A stretch of 64,000 nt of DNA from Candidatus Tumulicola sp. (GCA_036490465.1 DASXDV010000186.1:17225-81224); one strand, 5' to 3'; shown: positions 36,749 through 44,872, numbered from the stretch's first letter. Made by a program: numbers and translations. Notes: generated by a model not told the origin, from the sequence alone.

Positions 36749-37188
36749 GGTAGCCGCCCCACCGCGCTGCTCGAATCGCGAGCAGCGGCTTTGGCTCCCG
36801 GAAATGCCGCGACCAACTTGGCGCACAAGCCGGTAGCCGTATCCGGATTGGGCGGCACCTGCGCCGCGCAGGCAAACGTGACGACGTAGCCGGTGTCGAC
36901 CGGGTAGCAATGAATCGACGCGGCGGCGGAAGCGTGACCGGCACTGTCGAGCGCGCCGTACGCGAGCCACTCACCCGAACCGTCCTCCGATTCGATGGCG
37001 TTTTGCAAAACCGAGTTCAGGGCCGTCTTGGCCTTCGCACCGCACGAACTCACCGGCTCGTTCGGGACGACCACGCGAGCGCCGACGACCGTTTGCAAGT
37101 CGGCTGACGCGGCCGCGCCGCTCAACGCGACGGCCACTCCGAAGGCGATCGCACAACCCGCGCTTCGATAGCGAAAAGTCTTTATCAC
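36745..37188 (-). CDS. secreted Cys-containing protein, paralogue A
   Basis: The signal is CAIAFGVAVALSGAAASA. It is followed by VVVPNEPVSSCGAKAKTALNSVLQNA...IHCYPVDTGYVVTFACAAQVPPNPDTATGLC, the same Cys-spaced domain as the next gene. Confidence 0.5.
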   Translation of the reverse strand: MIKTFRYRSAGCAIAFGVAVALSGAAASADLQTVVGARVVVPNEPVSSCGAKAKTALNSVLQNAIESEDGSGEWLAYGALDSAGHASAAASIHCYPVDTGYVVTFACAAQVPPNPDTATGLCAKLVAAFPGAKAAARDSSSAVGRLP

Positions 37189-37267
37189 GGCGCCCCTCCC
37201 CGGTGGCCCGATCGACCACCGAGCCGATGCGTTTGACGGCCCGCAGGGGCACTCCCCTCGAAGCCGC

Positions 37268-37738
37268 CTACGCGGCCGGGGCAGTCAACTCCGTCTCGCC
37301 GTTGGGGCAGAACGCTTCGTGGGTCGAATGCGGCACGTAGTACGCGTGCAGATCATAGTGCGGGATCGGATAGCCGGCGTGCCCGTAGGGGACGTACTCG
37401 ATGTCGACGTGATCGATGGTATAACCGGGCAGCGGTTTGAGTACTCCGGTGTAGGTCTTGCCGGCGGCGAATAATTTCTTGTCGATCATCACTTCGGTGA
37501 ATACGGGTTTGCCGCGATAGACGCCGTAGATCGGGCCGAACGGAAGGTTCTTCGGGTTGGCCCAGTGTTCGCCCATGCCCTTGACGCAGGGTGAGACCAG
37601 GAGTGCGTCCGACGGTATTCCCGCCGGCCGCACCTTCGGCTGGGGCGGAAGCGGGGGCGCGCCGGCCGGAGCGGCCGCCGCCGCACCGCCTCCGGTACAG
37701 GCAAGTGCGGCAATCAGGATCAGGGTGCGAGTCGTCAT
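37268..37738 (-). CDS. exported hypothetical protein (probable lipoprotein)
   Basis: MTTRTLILIAALACTGGG is followed by a Pro-rich linker and a His/Tyr-rich ~110-aa domain (GMGEHWANPKNLPFGPIYG...YGHAGYPIPHYDLHAYYVPH). No family securely recognised. Confidence 0.5.
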   Translation of the reverse strand: MTTRTLILIAALACTGGGAAAAAPAGAPPLPPQPKVRPAGIPSDALLVSPCVKGMGEHWANPKNLPFGPIYGVYRGKPVFTEVMIDKKLFAAGKTYTGVLKPLPGYTIDHVDIEYVPYGHAGYPIPHYDLHAYYVPHSTHEAFCPNGETELTAPAA

Positions 37739-37765
37739 GCGGCCTCCTTTAGCGTTTTGTAACGG

Positions 37766-39017
37766 TTAGTGCTCGTAACGACGTGGGCTGTCGATCTCGA
37801 CAAAGCGGTGTGCGCGCCGGACGTCCACTTGCGGATCGATCGCTCTTTCAAGCTGCGCTTGCAGGTCTTCGAACGCGTTGGGATCGCTGCCGTAGACGTA
37901 TTGTCGGGTATTGACTAAGAAGGCATAGTTACTGCCGTTGGGAAGCTGCTCGGCCCACGTGTTGCTTCCGGGCATCGAGCCTTCGCGCGCCCAATCGGCG
38001 CCTGGCTGCGGAGTGCCGACGCCCCAGATGAGGTAGTTCTTCATGAGGGCCAACATGGAGTCTGCGTTGGTCGCGATCGCCGAAGCGCCGCCGGCAACCT
38101 CGAGCACCATGTCGTCACCGCTATACGGGTAGGGATATTGCTGCTGCGACCGCACGTAAACGGCGGAAAGGCCTGCGTAGGCGGAATAGTACTTGGCGAC
38201 TTCGCCGGGGAGCGGCTTGCCGACGGTTGGCGAGATTTTGATGTTGTCGACCCCGAGCGGACCCGCCACGGTTTTCGCGACGTAGGCCCAGTAGCTCATC
38301 TTCGAGGCCCTGGCGACGACCATGCCCAGCACGGTATAGCAGAAGTTACAGTAGGCGTACGTCCCCCGGGGCTTCTTGCAGCGGCTGTCCGAGTTGATAG
38401 CGGACGTAGTCGACCGGGGTCACCGAGTGCTTGAGGTTTAGTGCGAGTGCGATTTCGCGCATTGCGAACGTCGGATCGTAGTACGGAGGCTTCGAGTCGT
38501 CCCACCCGGACTCGTGCAGGATCATATCCTCGATCGTGATGTCGTAGACCCGCTTGTCGACCTTGGCATTTTTTGGAAGCGGCTGGGTGATGCCGAGATA
38601 CTTGAAGACCTTCGCGGAGGGGTCGACTTTCTTGCTCTCGATCAGTTCGTACAGCGCTGCGTCCGTCCAAGCCTTGGTATTGCTCGCAAGGCGCATGATC
38701 GTCGACGGCGCGGTCGTGGACTTCGCCAATCCCTTATAAGTGTAGGCGTGCGAAAAGGTCGTCTTGCCTTTGACGGAAACGCCGAGCTGAGCGTTGGGCA
38801 CCTGTTGCGCGACCATAAATTGAATTACGAGATCGTCGAGCTTGGAGTTCTTCCCCGGGCCCTTGACGACGATCGGGGCGTTAGGGATCGCGCGAACGTT
38901 ACCGGCAAGATTGGGGACGAACCCGCCGGCCTGGGGATTCGGCGCAGACGAGCACGCCGCCAGGACGCCTGCCGTCAACGCGATCCCCGCCGCAACGGGT
39001 CGAAAGCGGCTAATCAT
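37766..39017 (-). pseudogene. beta-lactamase-family serine hydrolase lipoprotein split by a frameshift in a C5G4 run
   Basis: ATG 39017 gives MISRFRPVAAGIALTAGVLAACSS and an SxxK motif in LASNTKAW. The frame ends ...QLGQPLQEAPGDVRLL at TAA (38346-38348). Dropping one base of the CCCCCGGGG run (38363-38371, plus strand) gives ...EAPGTYAYCNFCYTVLGMVVARASKMSYWAYV. This continues into ORF 37766..38332 and matches the family 'PGt.f.YsN.gy.lLG' block. Confidence 0.7.
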
Positions 39018-39118
39018 CAGGAGCTGCCCTTTCGTAATCAAGGATTTAGGGCGCTGATTCCGGAGGCTCCCGGACCTCCCTTGGGACTTTCGGGAAACGG
39101 TGTGGAACGAGAGGCAAA

Positions 39119-39751
39119 ATGGCCGGTGCAGTTTTCGGGGCGGCCGTGACCGCATTCGTTGCCCTCTTCCCAATCGTCAACCCGATTGGCGGCTTGGCCG
39201 TGTTCTTTGCGCTCACGAGCGACGATAGCGAGGAGCAGCGCCGGGCGTACTCGCTTCGGATCGGCCTCTACGTGGTCGCAATTCTGCTGGCCTTCGCATT
39301 GGCGGGGTCGTGGGTTCTCGAGTTCTTCGGGATCTCGCTATCGGCGCTGAGGATCGCCGGCGGCCTGATCGTTGCTCACACGGCGTGGGCGATGGTCACC
39401 GCGTCGAGCCGCACCACGCCGGCCGAAAAAGCCGAAGCCGAGCAAAAGGACGACATCTCGTTTAGCCCCATGGCGATGCCGATGCTCGCCGGCCCGGGCT
39501 CGATCGGCGTCGTCATGGCGCTGGCCGCGCGGCCCGATCCGGGCGTCTGGATGATCGGCATCGCGTTTGCCGTGGTTGCGATGGGAGCGCTGGTTTACTT
39601 GTTGCTGCGCTTAGGGGGTCCGCTGGCTCGGCGGATGGGACCGGGCGCGCTCGGCGCGATCGACCGGATTCTCGGCTTCCTGATTCTCGCGATCGCCATC
39701 GAACTGATCATTAACGGATTCAAGGGGATCTATCCTAAGTTCGGAATTTGA
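39119..39751 (+). CDS. MarC family (UPF0056) integral membrane protein
   Basis: FVALFPIVNPIGGLAVFFALTSD...GISLSALRIAGGLIV...MPMLAGPGSIG... is the MarC signature pattern. 210 aa with 6 helices. Confidence 0.85.
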   Translation: MAGAVFGAAVTAFVALFPIVNPIGGLAVFFALTSDDSEEQRRAYSLRIGLYVVAILLAFALAGSWVLEFFGISLSALRIAGGLIVAHTAWAMVTASSRTTPAEKAEAEQKDDISFSPMAMPMLAGPGSIGVVMALAARPDPGVWMIGIAFAVVAMGALVYLLLRLGGPLARRMGPGALGAIDRILGFLILAIAIELIINGFKGIYPKFGI

Positions 39752-39763
39752 CGCGCTCGCGCT

Positions 39764-40786
39764 CTACACGCGGCCGCGGGCCGCGCACGAAGCGGTGCTT
39801 TTTCCGAAGATGACGCCCAGACCGCACGCCGAGGTGAACATCCGCCGATTGTCGTGCGGAACGCCCCGCACGTACGCGTAGTCTTGAGCCGTGCCAGCCG
39901 GATGACGACGTGCTAGGTACGCGACGTAGTACTTGCCGCGCGCGTAGCGATATGGCCCCTGCGCCTCGCCGCCGCAGGAGCGATCGAGGTCGTCTTCGGC
40001 CGGATTCGTGTCGGCGGTTCCAAGCAGATAGGTGACGTGGCGGCGCACGTAGCGGCGCTCGAGCTGTGCGTCCGTCCCGACGACGTAGGGCGGCGCGCCG
40101 GCGAGGCCGTAACGCCACCGATTGAAGTCGGCGCAGCCGGTCTGCGGCACCGGCCGGTAGTTTCCGAAATAGAAATACGAAGAGGGGTTGGCAACGATCA
40201 AATGCACCGGCACCGCGCTGCCGGGATCGAGTTGCTTCGCTTTGCCGACGACGGCATAGCGCTGCACGATTTGACCGCCCGCGGAGTGCCCGATGAGGAC
40301 GATCTCGCGCATCTTCGGAAAGCGCGATCGGTCGGCCAGTCGCGCGATCATCGCGTCGAATACGTCGTAGGTGCTCACGGGTGCGGGCGAAAGCGCATCC
40401 GATCCGCCGGGCCACTTCCCGCTCCACCACAGGGTGTTGGCGGCCACGGCGTGACCCGCCAGATCGCCGCGTTCGACGAACTGCGGGGCGATCAGCAACG
40501 TTCCGCCGGCGTGCGCTTGGGCGATCGCGATGGCGCCGGTATCGTAGTAGTAATCGGCGTCGCGCAGCACCCCATGAACGACGATAATCGCGCGGGTGGC
40601 CGCTCGATCGCCGTCGAGCGAGCCGCTGCCGAAGTACCGCGCGACTCCGGACCCGCGCGCAGCGACGACCAGAAACTGGCGGTCGGCCAACTTCCCCGAG
40701 TTGTCGGGCTGCGGCGTGGAGGTCGGGGATACTGCCGCGGCGGACGCGAGCAGCGCGACGAGTGCGAGCGCCTTGGTCATGGGCAC
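39764..40786 (-). CDS. secreted alpha/beta-fold hydrolase
   Basis: The signal is MPMTKALALVALLASAAAVS. The nucleophile elbow is in IVLIGHSAGGQIV. No closer family assignment. Confidence 0.65.
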   Translation of the reverse strand: MPMTKALALVALLASAAAVSPTSTPQPDNSGKLADRQFLVVAARGSGVARYFGSGSLDGDRAATRAIIVVHGVLRDADYYYDTGAIAIAQAHAGGTLLIAPQFVERGDLAGHAVAANTLWWSGKWPGGSDALSPAPVSTYDVFDAMIARLADRSRFPKMREIVLIGHSAGGQIVQRYAVVGKAKQLDPGSAVPVHLIVANPSSYFYFGNYRPVPQTGCADFNRWRYGLAGAPPYVVGTDAQLERRYVRRHVTYLLGTADTNPAEDDLDRSCGGEAQGPYRYARGKYYVAYLARRHPAGTAQDYAYVRGVPHDNRRMFTSACGLGVIFGKSTASCAARGRV

Positions 40787-40928
40787 CCCTTATCGGCCGC
40801 TTCCGCCGCTCCTGTCTTCGACATATTCACAAGGCAACGCGTCCCACTTGGACAAAGGCGCGGTTACGCGGCCGACGGAATCGGTTCGGCAATCACCGAA
40901 CCCGACGCAAGGAGCTTAAGCGACGACG

Positions 40929-42383
40929 ATGATAACGGGAGTGCAACCGGCCATGCCGACCGACCTGCGCGATTTTCTGATGCTCACCTACGGCGAGCTC
41001 GAAGACCTCAATCTTAGCGCCAAGCAGCAGCGAAAGGATCGCGCGGCTGCCCACCAACTCGCCGAAGAACGGCTTGGATATCTGGCTGGGGAAAAGCGGA
41101 TCAAAGCCGTAACCGTGCTGTTCAGCGACCTCGAAGGGCGCCTGCATATGTTGGATTACGACAAGAAATTCTTGTTGAACTCCCACGACAATCTGACGTT
41201 CGACGGATCGTCTATCCGCGGGTTCACGGCGCAGCGCGAGAGCGATCTGCGACTGGTCCTGGACTGGAGCGCCTTCTACTGGGCTCCCGCCGACGTCTTC
41301 GGTCCCGGGAAAGTCCTCGTGTTCAGCGACGTGCTCGCGCGGGACGGATCGCCGTTCGCCGGCGACATCCGGGGAACGCTCAAGAAACTCTCCAACGAGT
41401 GTTACGCCAAAGACGGCTACACGCTCAACGCCGCCAACGAAATCGAGGGTTTCCTGTTCCAAGGACTCGACGCCGAGCGCCGCTATCACGAAACCGGCTC
41501 CTTCGAGTACGTCAACACCGGCGGCTACTACCACTCCCTGCCGGGCGACCCGCTGCGAACGTTCATCGACTCGGTCGCCGAGGTACAGCGCGCCATGGGA
41601 TTCCAGAACGAAAAGGATCATCCCGAAGTCGCGCCGTCGCAGTTCGAAATCAACTACGGATACGGCGAAGTCGTTGCCGCCGCCGACCAAATCCAGTTAT
41701 ACAAGCTGATTTGCCGTCAGGTCGCGACGCGACTCGGCATGACGGCCAGCTTTCTGCCCAAACCGGTGGTCGGCGTCAACGGCAGCGGCATGCACACCAA
41801 CGTCTCGGTCAGCAAGGACGGCAAGAATCTGTTTTGGGATCCCGACGGCCCCGAACAGCTCAGCGAGTTCGCCTGGCAGTTCGTCGACCGGACCCTCACG
41901 CACGCCCGCGACGTCTGTCTGATGCTCAACTCCAGCGTCAACGCCTACCGGCGCCTCGACCCGCATTTCGAAGCACCCAATCAAATCAAGGCGTCGGCGG
42001 TCGACCGCGGCTCGATGGTCCGCGTCCCGATCGGTAACGAGCGCAGTTCGCGCGTTGAAGTTCGCTCGGTTGCGCCCGACGCCAATCCCTACATGGTCAT
42101 GCTGGCAGTCTTCAAAACCGGACTGCACGGCAGCATCAGCGGCGAGCAGAACCTTCGCCAAGCCGAGCACTACTTACCCGACAACATCTACGATGCGCTC
42201 TCCGATTTCCGCCAATCGGCCTGGACCGGCAGCCTGCTAAGCGACGACGTAAAGAAGCGCTATGCCGAACTCAAACAAGCTAGTGCGGACCGCTGCCCGC
42301 GTCTTCTCGGGTCGTTCGTGAAGGCTCAAGAAGTGCAGTACCATCACGAAGTCTACAACCAATACCTCTGGAGCCTGTTCTAG
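40929..42383 (+). CDS. glutamine synthetase family protein
   Basis: FSDLEGRLHML, NLTFDGSSIRGF, NEIEGFLF, DHPEVAPSQFEINY, FLPKPVVGVNGSGMHTNVS, NAYRRL and SAVDRGSMVRVP...RVEVRSVAPDANPY are GS catalytic-domain blocks. The start could be ATG 40953. Confidence 0.85.
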   Translation: MITGVQPAMPTDLRDFLMLTYGELEDLNLSAKQQRKDRAAAHQLAEERLGYLAGEKRIKAVTVLFSDLEGRLHMLDYDKKFLLNSHDNLTFDGSSIRGFTAQRESDLRLVLDWSAFYWAPADVFGPGKVLVFSDVLARDGSPFAGDIRGTLKKLSNECYAKDGYTLNAANEIEGFLFQGLDAERRYHETGSFEYVNTGGYYHSLPGDPLRTFIDSVAEVQRAMGFQNEKDHPEVAPSQFEINYGYGEVVAAADQIQLYKLICRQVATRLGMTASFLPKPVVGVNGSGMHTNVSVSKDGKNLFWDPDGPEQLSEFAWQFVDRTLTHARDVCLMLNSSVNAYRRLDPHFEAPNQIKASAVDRGSMVRVPIGNERSSRVEVRSVAPDANPYMVMLAVFKTGLHGSISGEQNLRQAEHYLPDNIYDALSDFRQSAWTGSLLSDDVKKRYAELKQASADRCPRLLGSFVKAQEVQYHHEVYNQYLWSLF

Positions 42384-42406
42384 CGATCGGGTTCCGAGCG
42401 ACCGCG

Positions 42407-42610
42407 CTAGCGATGGCCTAAGTGCCAGCCGTGGGCGGGACAGGCGTACGGCGCGAGGCCGGCGCTGGTGCGTGGAATCGCGCGCTCGGCGAGCTTCTTG
42501 GTTGCGAACGCGGCTTTGGGAGAACCGGTTTTGTTGTAACACGACCGTGCGCCGCCGCGCTTACGAGGGTTTGGAGCGGGCTCTCCGTTAGCCGGCGTTG
42601 GGGGCTTCAC
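42407..42610 (-). CDS. small basic ORF ending ...YACPAHGWHLGH (very tentative)
   Basis: 67-aa ORF overlapping the desaturase 3' end by 23 nt. The C-terminus APYACPAHGWHLGHR recalls small actinobacterial-type proteins ending C..C..WHL(G/T)(H/S). No RBS seen. Could be a high-GC artefact. Confidence 0.2.
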   Translation of the reverse strand: MKPPTPANGEPAPNPRKRGGARSCYNKTGSPKAAFATKKLAERAIPRTSAGLAPYACPAHGWHLGHR

Positions 42611-43454
42611 GCGAGACGTGGGCGACTTCGCGCAGCCGCTGCTGCATCAGCTTGCTGGGTATCTTGATCCGATCCGCCAGGCGCAAAAACGCGAGCACGC
42701 GTACGTGCCACCAGGTCATGTCGATTTCGAACCAGCGCAAGCCGTGACGCGCCGAGAACGGAAAGGCGTGATGGTTGTTGTGCCAGCCTTCGCCGAACGA
42801 CATGAGGGCGACCCACCAACAGTTCGTCGAGCGGTCCGCGGTACTGTACGTTCGATATCCCAGCATGTGTGCGGCGCTGTTGACCAGCCACGTCGAATGG
42901 TAACTGACGACCAAGCGAACGAAGATGCCCCACACGACGAACGCCCATCCACCCAACGCGAACAGCAGCCCGGCGAGTGCGATTTGCAGCGGCAGGCTGA
43001 GCCAGCGCAGCGCGCGGTAGAAGGGGTCGGCGCAAAGATCCGGCGCGTAGCGGAGCACCTCTTCGTCGGTCGGATAATCGGCGTTGTACCGGTAGATCCA
43101 GTCGACGTGCGCCCACTTGAATCCGAGATGGATGCTGTGCGGGTCGCCTTCGCGGTCGGCGTGCGCGTGGTGCTTGCGATGGACGGCCACCCAGCGAATC
43201 GGATCGCCTTGCAGCGCCAGCGTGCCGCAGACCGCTAGAAAGTACTCCAGCGGTTTGCGCAGGCGCAAACTGCGGTGCGTGAGGGTCCGATGATAGCACA
43301 GCGTAATGCCTAAGGCGCCGGTAAAGTACGAGACGACGGCGGCGGCGACGAGCGCGTGCCAAGTGAAGAAGGCCGGTATGAGGGCGGCGAGGGCGCCCAA
43401 ATGAACGACGATGAGACCGGGACCGTTGAGCCGGCCGAAGATGCGTTGGATCAT
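42588..43454 (-). CDS. acyl-CoA/acyl-lipid delta-9-type fatty acid desaturase
   Basis: Three His boxes are present: HRTLTHRS, HRKHHAHADREGDPHS and GEGWHNNHHAFP. There are four hydrophobic segments. Confidence 0.9.
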   Translation of the reverse strand: MIQRIFGRLNGPGLIVVHLGALAALIPAFFTWHALVAAAVVSYFTGALGITLCYHRTLTHRSLRLRKPLEYFLAVCGTLALQGDPIRWVAVHRKHHAHADREGDPHSIHLGFKWAHVDWIYRYNADYPTDEEVLRYAPDLCADPFYRALRWLSLPLQIALAGLLFALGGWAFVVWGIFVRLVVSYHSTWLVNSAAHMLGYRTYSTADRSTNCWWVALMSFGEGWHNNHHAFPFSARHGLRWFEIDMTWWHVRVLAFLRLADRIKIPSKLMQQRLREVAHVSREAPNAG

Positions 43455-43467
43455 GCTCTCTTAACCC

Positions 43468-43504
43468 GTAAAAGACGCAGAGAGCCCGCGTAACGGGCTC
43501 TCTG
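43468..43504 (-). terminator. candidate intrinsic terminator downstream of the Zn-ribbon gene
   Basis: An 11-bp perfect stem (CAGAGAGCCCG / CGGGCTCTCTG, 43478-43504) has a 5-nt loop. On the minus strand it is followed by CGTCTTTTAC. Confidence 0.5.
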
Positions 43505-43530
43505 TTCGCTTAGACGATGCGTAAACGCGG

Positions 43531-43824
43531 CTAGCGGTAGCTGGGACGCGATGCGAAACAATCGCGGCAATAAACCGGCTTGTCGCCGCGCGGTTGGAAC
43601 GGCACTTCGGCCACTCCGCCGCATTGGCTGCAGGTCGCTTTGAACATCTCGCGATGTCCGCCGCCGCCTCCCTGCGAACGCCCGGCCTTGCGGGCGGCGC
43701 GGCAGTCGGCGCAGCGATTGGGCTTATTGGTGAAGCCCTTCATCGCAAAGAATTCCTGTTCGCCGGCGGTGAAGGGGAACTGACGTCCGCAATCCACGCA
43801 GGTGAGCATTTCATTGGTATACAT
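43531..43824 (-). CDS. double CxxC zinc-ribbon protein
   Basis: 97 aa with two modules, CVDCG...CADCR and CSQCG...CRDCF, separated by a Gly-rich linker. The pattern matches small 'zinc-ribbon domain-containing' proteins. Confidence 0.7.
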   Translation of the reverse strand: MYTNEMLTCVDCGRQFPFTAGEQEFFAMKGFTNKPNRCADCRAARKAGRSQGGGGGHREMFKATCSQCGGVAEVPFQPRGDKPVYCRDCFASRPSYR

Positions 43825-44068
43825 ACGAAACTAACGAGTCTCCTGAAATAAGTTAGTGATTGTTCTCCGGATCCGACTCGCTAGTACTTGGAACGTGAAC
43901 CTTGCGGGCTTCGACCTGGTGACCAGAACACTATACACCATCCCGCCCCGAAACGTTACCCCGGGGGGCATTTTCGGTCCGGCCGGCGGACCGGGCGCCT
44001 TGTTCGACCGGCCCGGAATGTGAGATACTACCGCCGTCGCTTTGCCCGCAGCCTCAGAAGGAGAGCGT

Positions 44069-44386
44069 TTGGCTCGTAAAGGTCGTAGCCGTCCCCGTAC
44101 CCGCGCGCCGGGAGGCAATAACGGGACCCCCGCCACCCCCGATACCTCGAAGGAAGCTCCGCTCGAGCTGTTCGGGACGATCAAGCAAGTATTCCCCAGT
44201 ACGACCTTTGCCGTCGAGTTGGAGAACGGACACACGGTGCTGGCGCACATCGCCGGCCGTTTGCGGCGCCACCGGATCAAGCTTCTGCTGGGAGACCGGG
44301 TCGAACTCGAGATGTCGCCGTACGACCTCACCAAGGCCCGGATCGTCTACCGCTACCGGGCGGGCGAGGCCCGGCGCGCCCACTAG
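44069..44386 (+). CDS. infA: translation initiation factor IF-1 with N- and C-terminal extensions
   Basis: The core LELFGTIKQVFPSTTFAVELENGHTVLAHIAGRLRRHRIKLLLGDRVELEMSPYDLTKARIVYRY is IF-1 (S1-like OB fold). TTG 44069 follows GAAGGAGAG. About 27 basic/Pro-rich residues precede the core and 8 follow it. An alternative start is TTG 44042. Confidence 0.85.
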   Translation: MARKGRSRPRTRAPGGNNGTPATPDTSKEAPLELFGTIKQVFPSTTFAVELENGHTVLAHIAGRLRRHRIKLLLGDRVELEMSPYDLTKARIVYRYRAGEARRAH

Positions 44387-44460
44387 CCGCAGGGAATCCA
44401 GCCTGCGCGAGCCGAACGTACGTTCGGTGGTTGCGGGCAGTGGCGCCCGCGTGAAGGGCA

Positions 44461-44470
44461 TGATAGGATG
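44461..44470 (+). promoter_or_regulatory. candidate extended -10 element upstream of rpsR (TGATAGGATG)
   Basis: The same AT-rich 10-mer appears upstream of rpsF (28246-28255), about 150 nt before the rpsR ATG. No good -35 lies at 17 nt (TGGCGC). Chance recurrence cannot be excluded. Confidence 0.25.
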
Positions 44471-44620
44471 AGCGCTGTTGCCGGCTCGCCGGCAGCAAAA
44501 TCCGGTCTCCGACCGGTGGTGCCGCGAACCTGTCGCGTCACCTGGCTAGGGTCTCGTCAGCCGTCCTTCGCGCGAAGGCGGCCCGCGCGACCGCCGACCA
44601 CCTAGTCGAAAGGACGACCG

Positions 44621-44866
44621 ATGGCAGCCAAGACGAAGCGCGCCGTGAAAGACCGGCGCCCCAAGCGCAAACCGTGCAGCTTTTGCGCGGACAAGATTTA
44701 TCAGGTCAGTTACCGCGAGGTCAACCGCTTGAAGAAATACGTCTCCGAGCGCGGTAAGATCGTCCCGCGGCGAATCTCGGGCAACTGTGCCAAGCACCAG
44801 CGAATTCTGACCGTCGCGATCAAACGCGCGCGGATCATCGCATTCCTGCCGTACGTTTCGGAGTAG
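44621..44866 (+). CDS. rpsR: 30S ribosomal protein S18
   Basis: [64 protein letters not shown] is canonical S18. Confidence 0.95.
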   Translation: MAAKTKRAVKDRRPKRKPCSFCADKIYQVSYREVNRLKKYVSERGKIVPRRISGNCAKHQRILTVAIKRARIIAFLPYVSE

Positions 44867-44872
44867 AAGGCC

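Noticed and set aside
40787-40928. Possible glutamine (glnA-type) riboswitch upstream of the GS gene, based on the hairpin GGTTCGG-caatca-CCGAACC
   Set aside because: A single 7-bp hairpin is present, but I could not recognise the conserved glnA-motif core. A covariance-model search would be needed, so it is not called.
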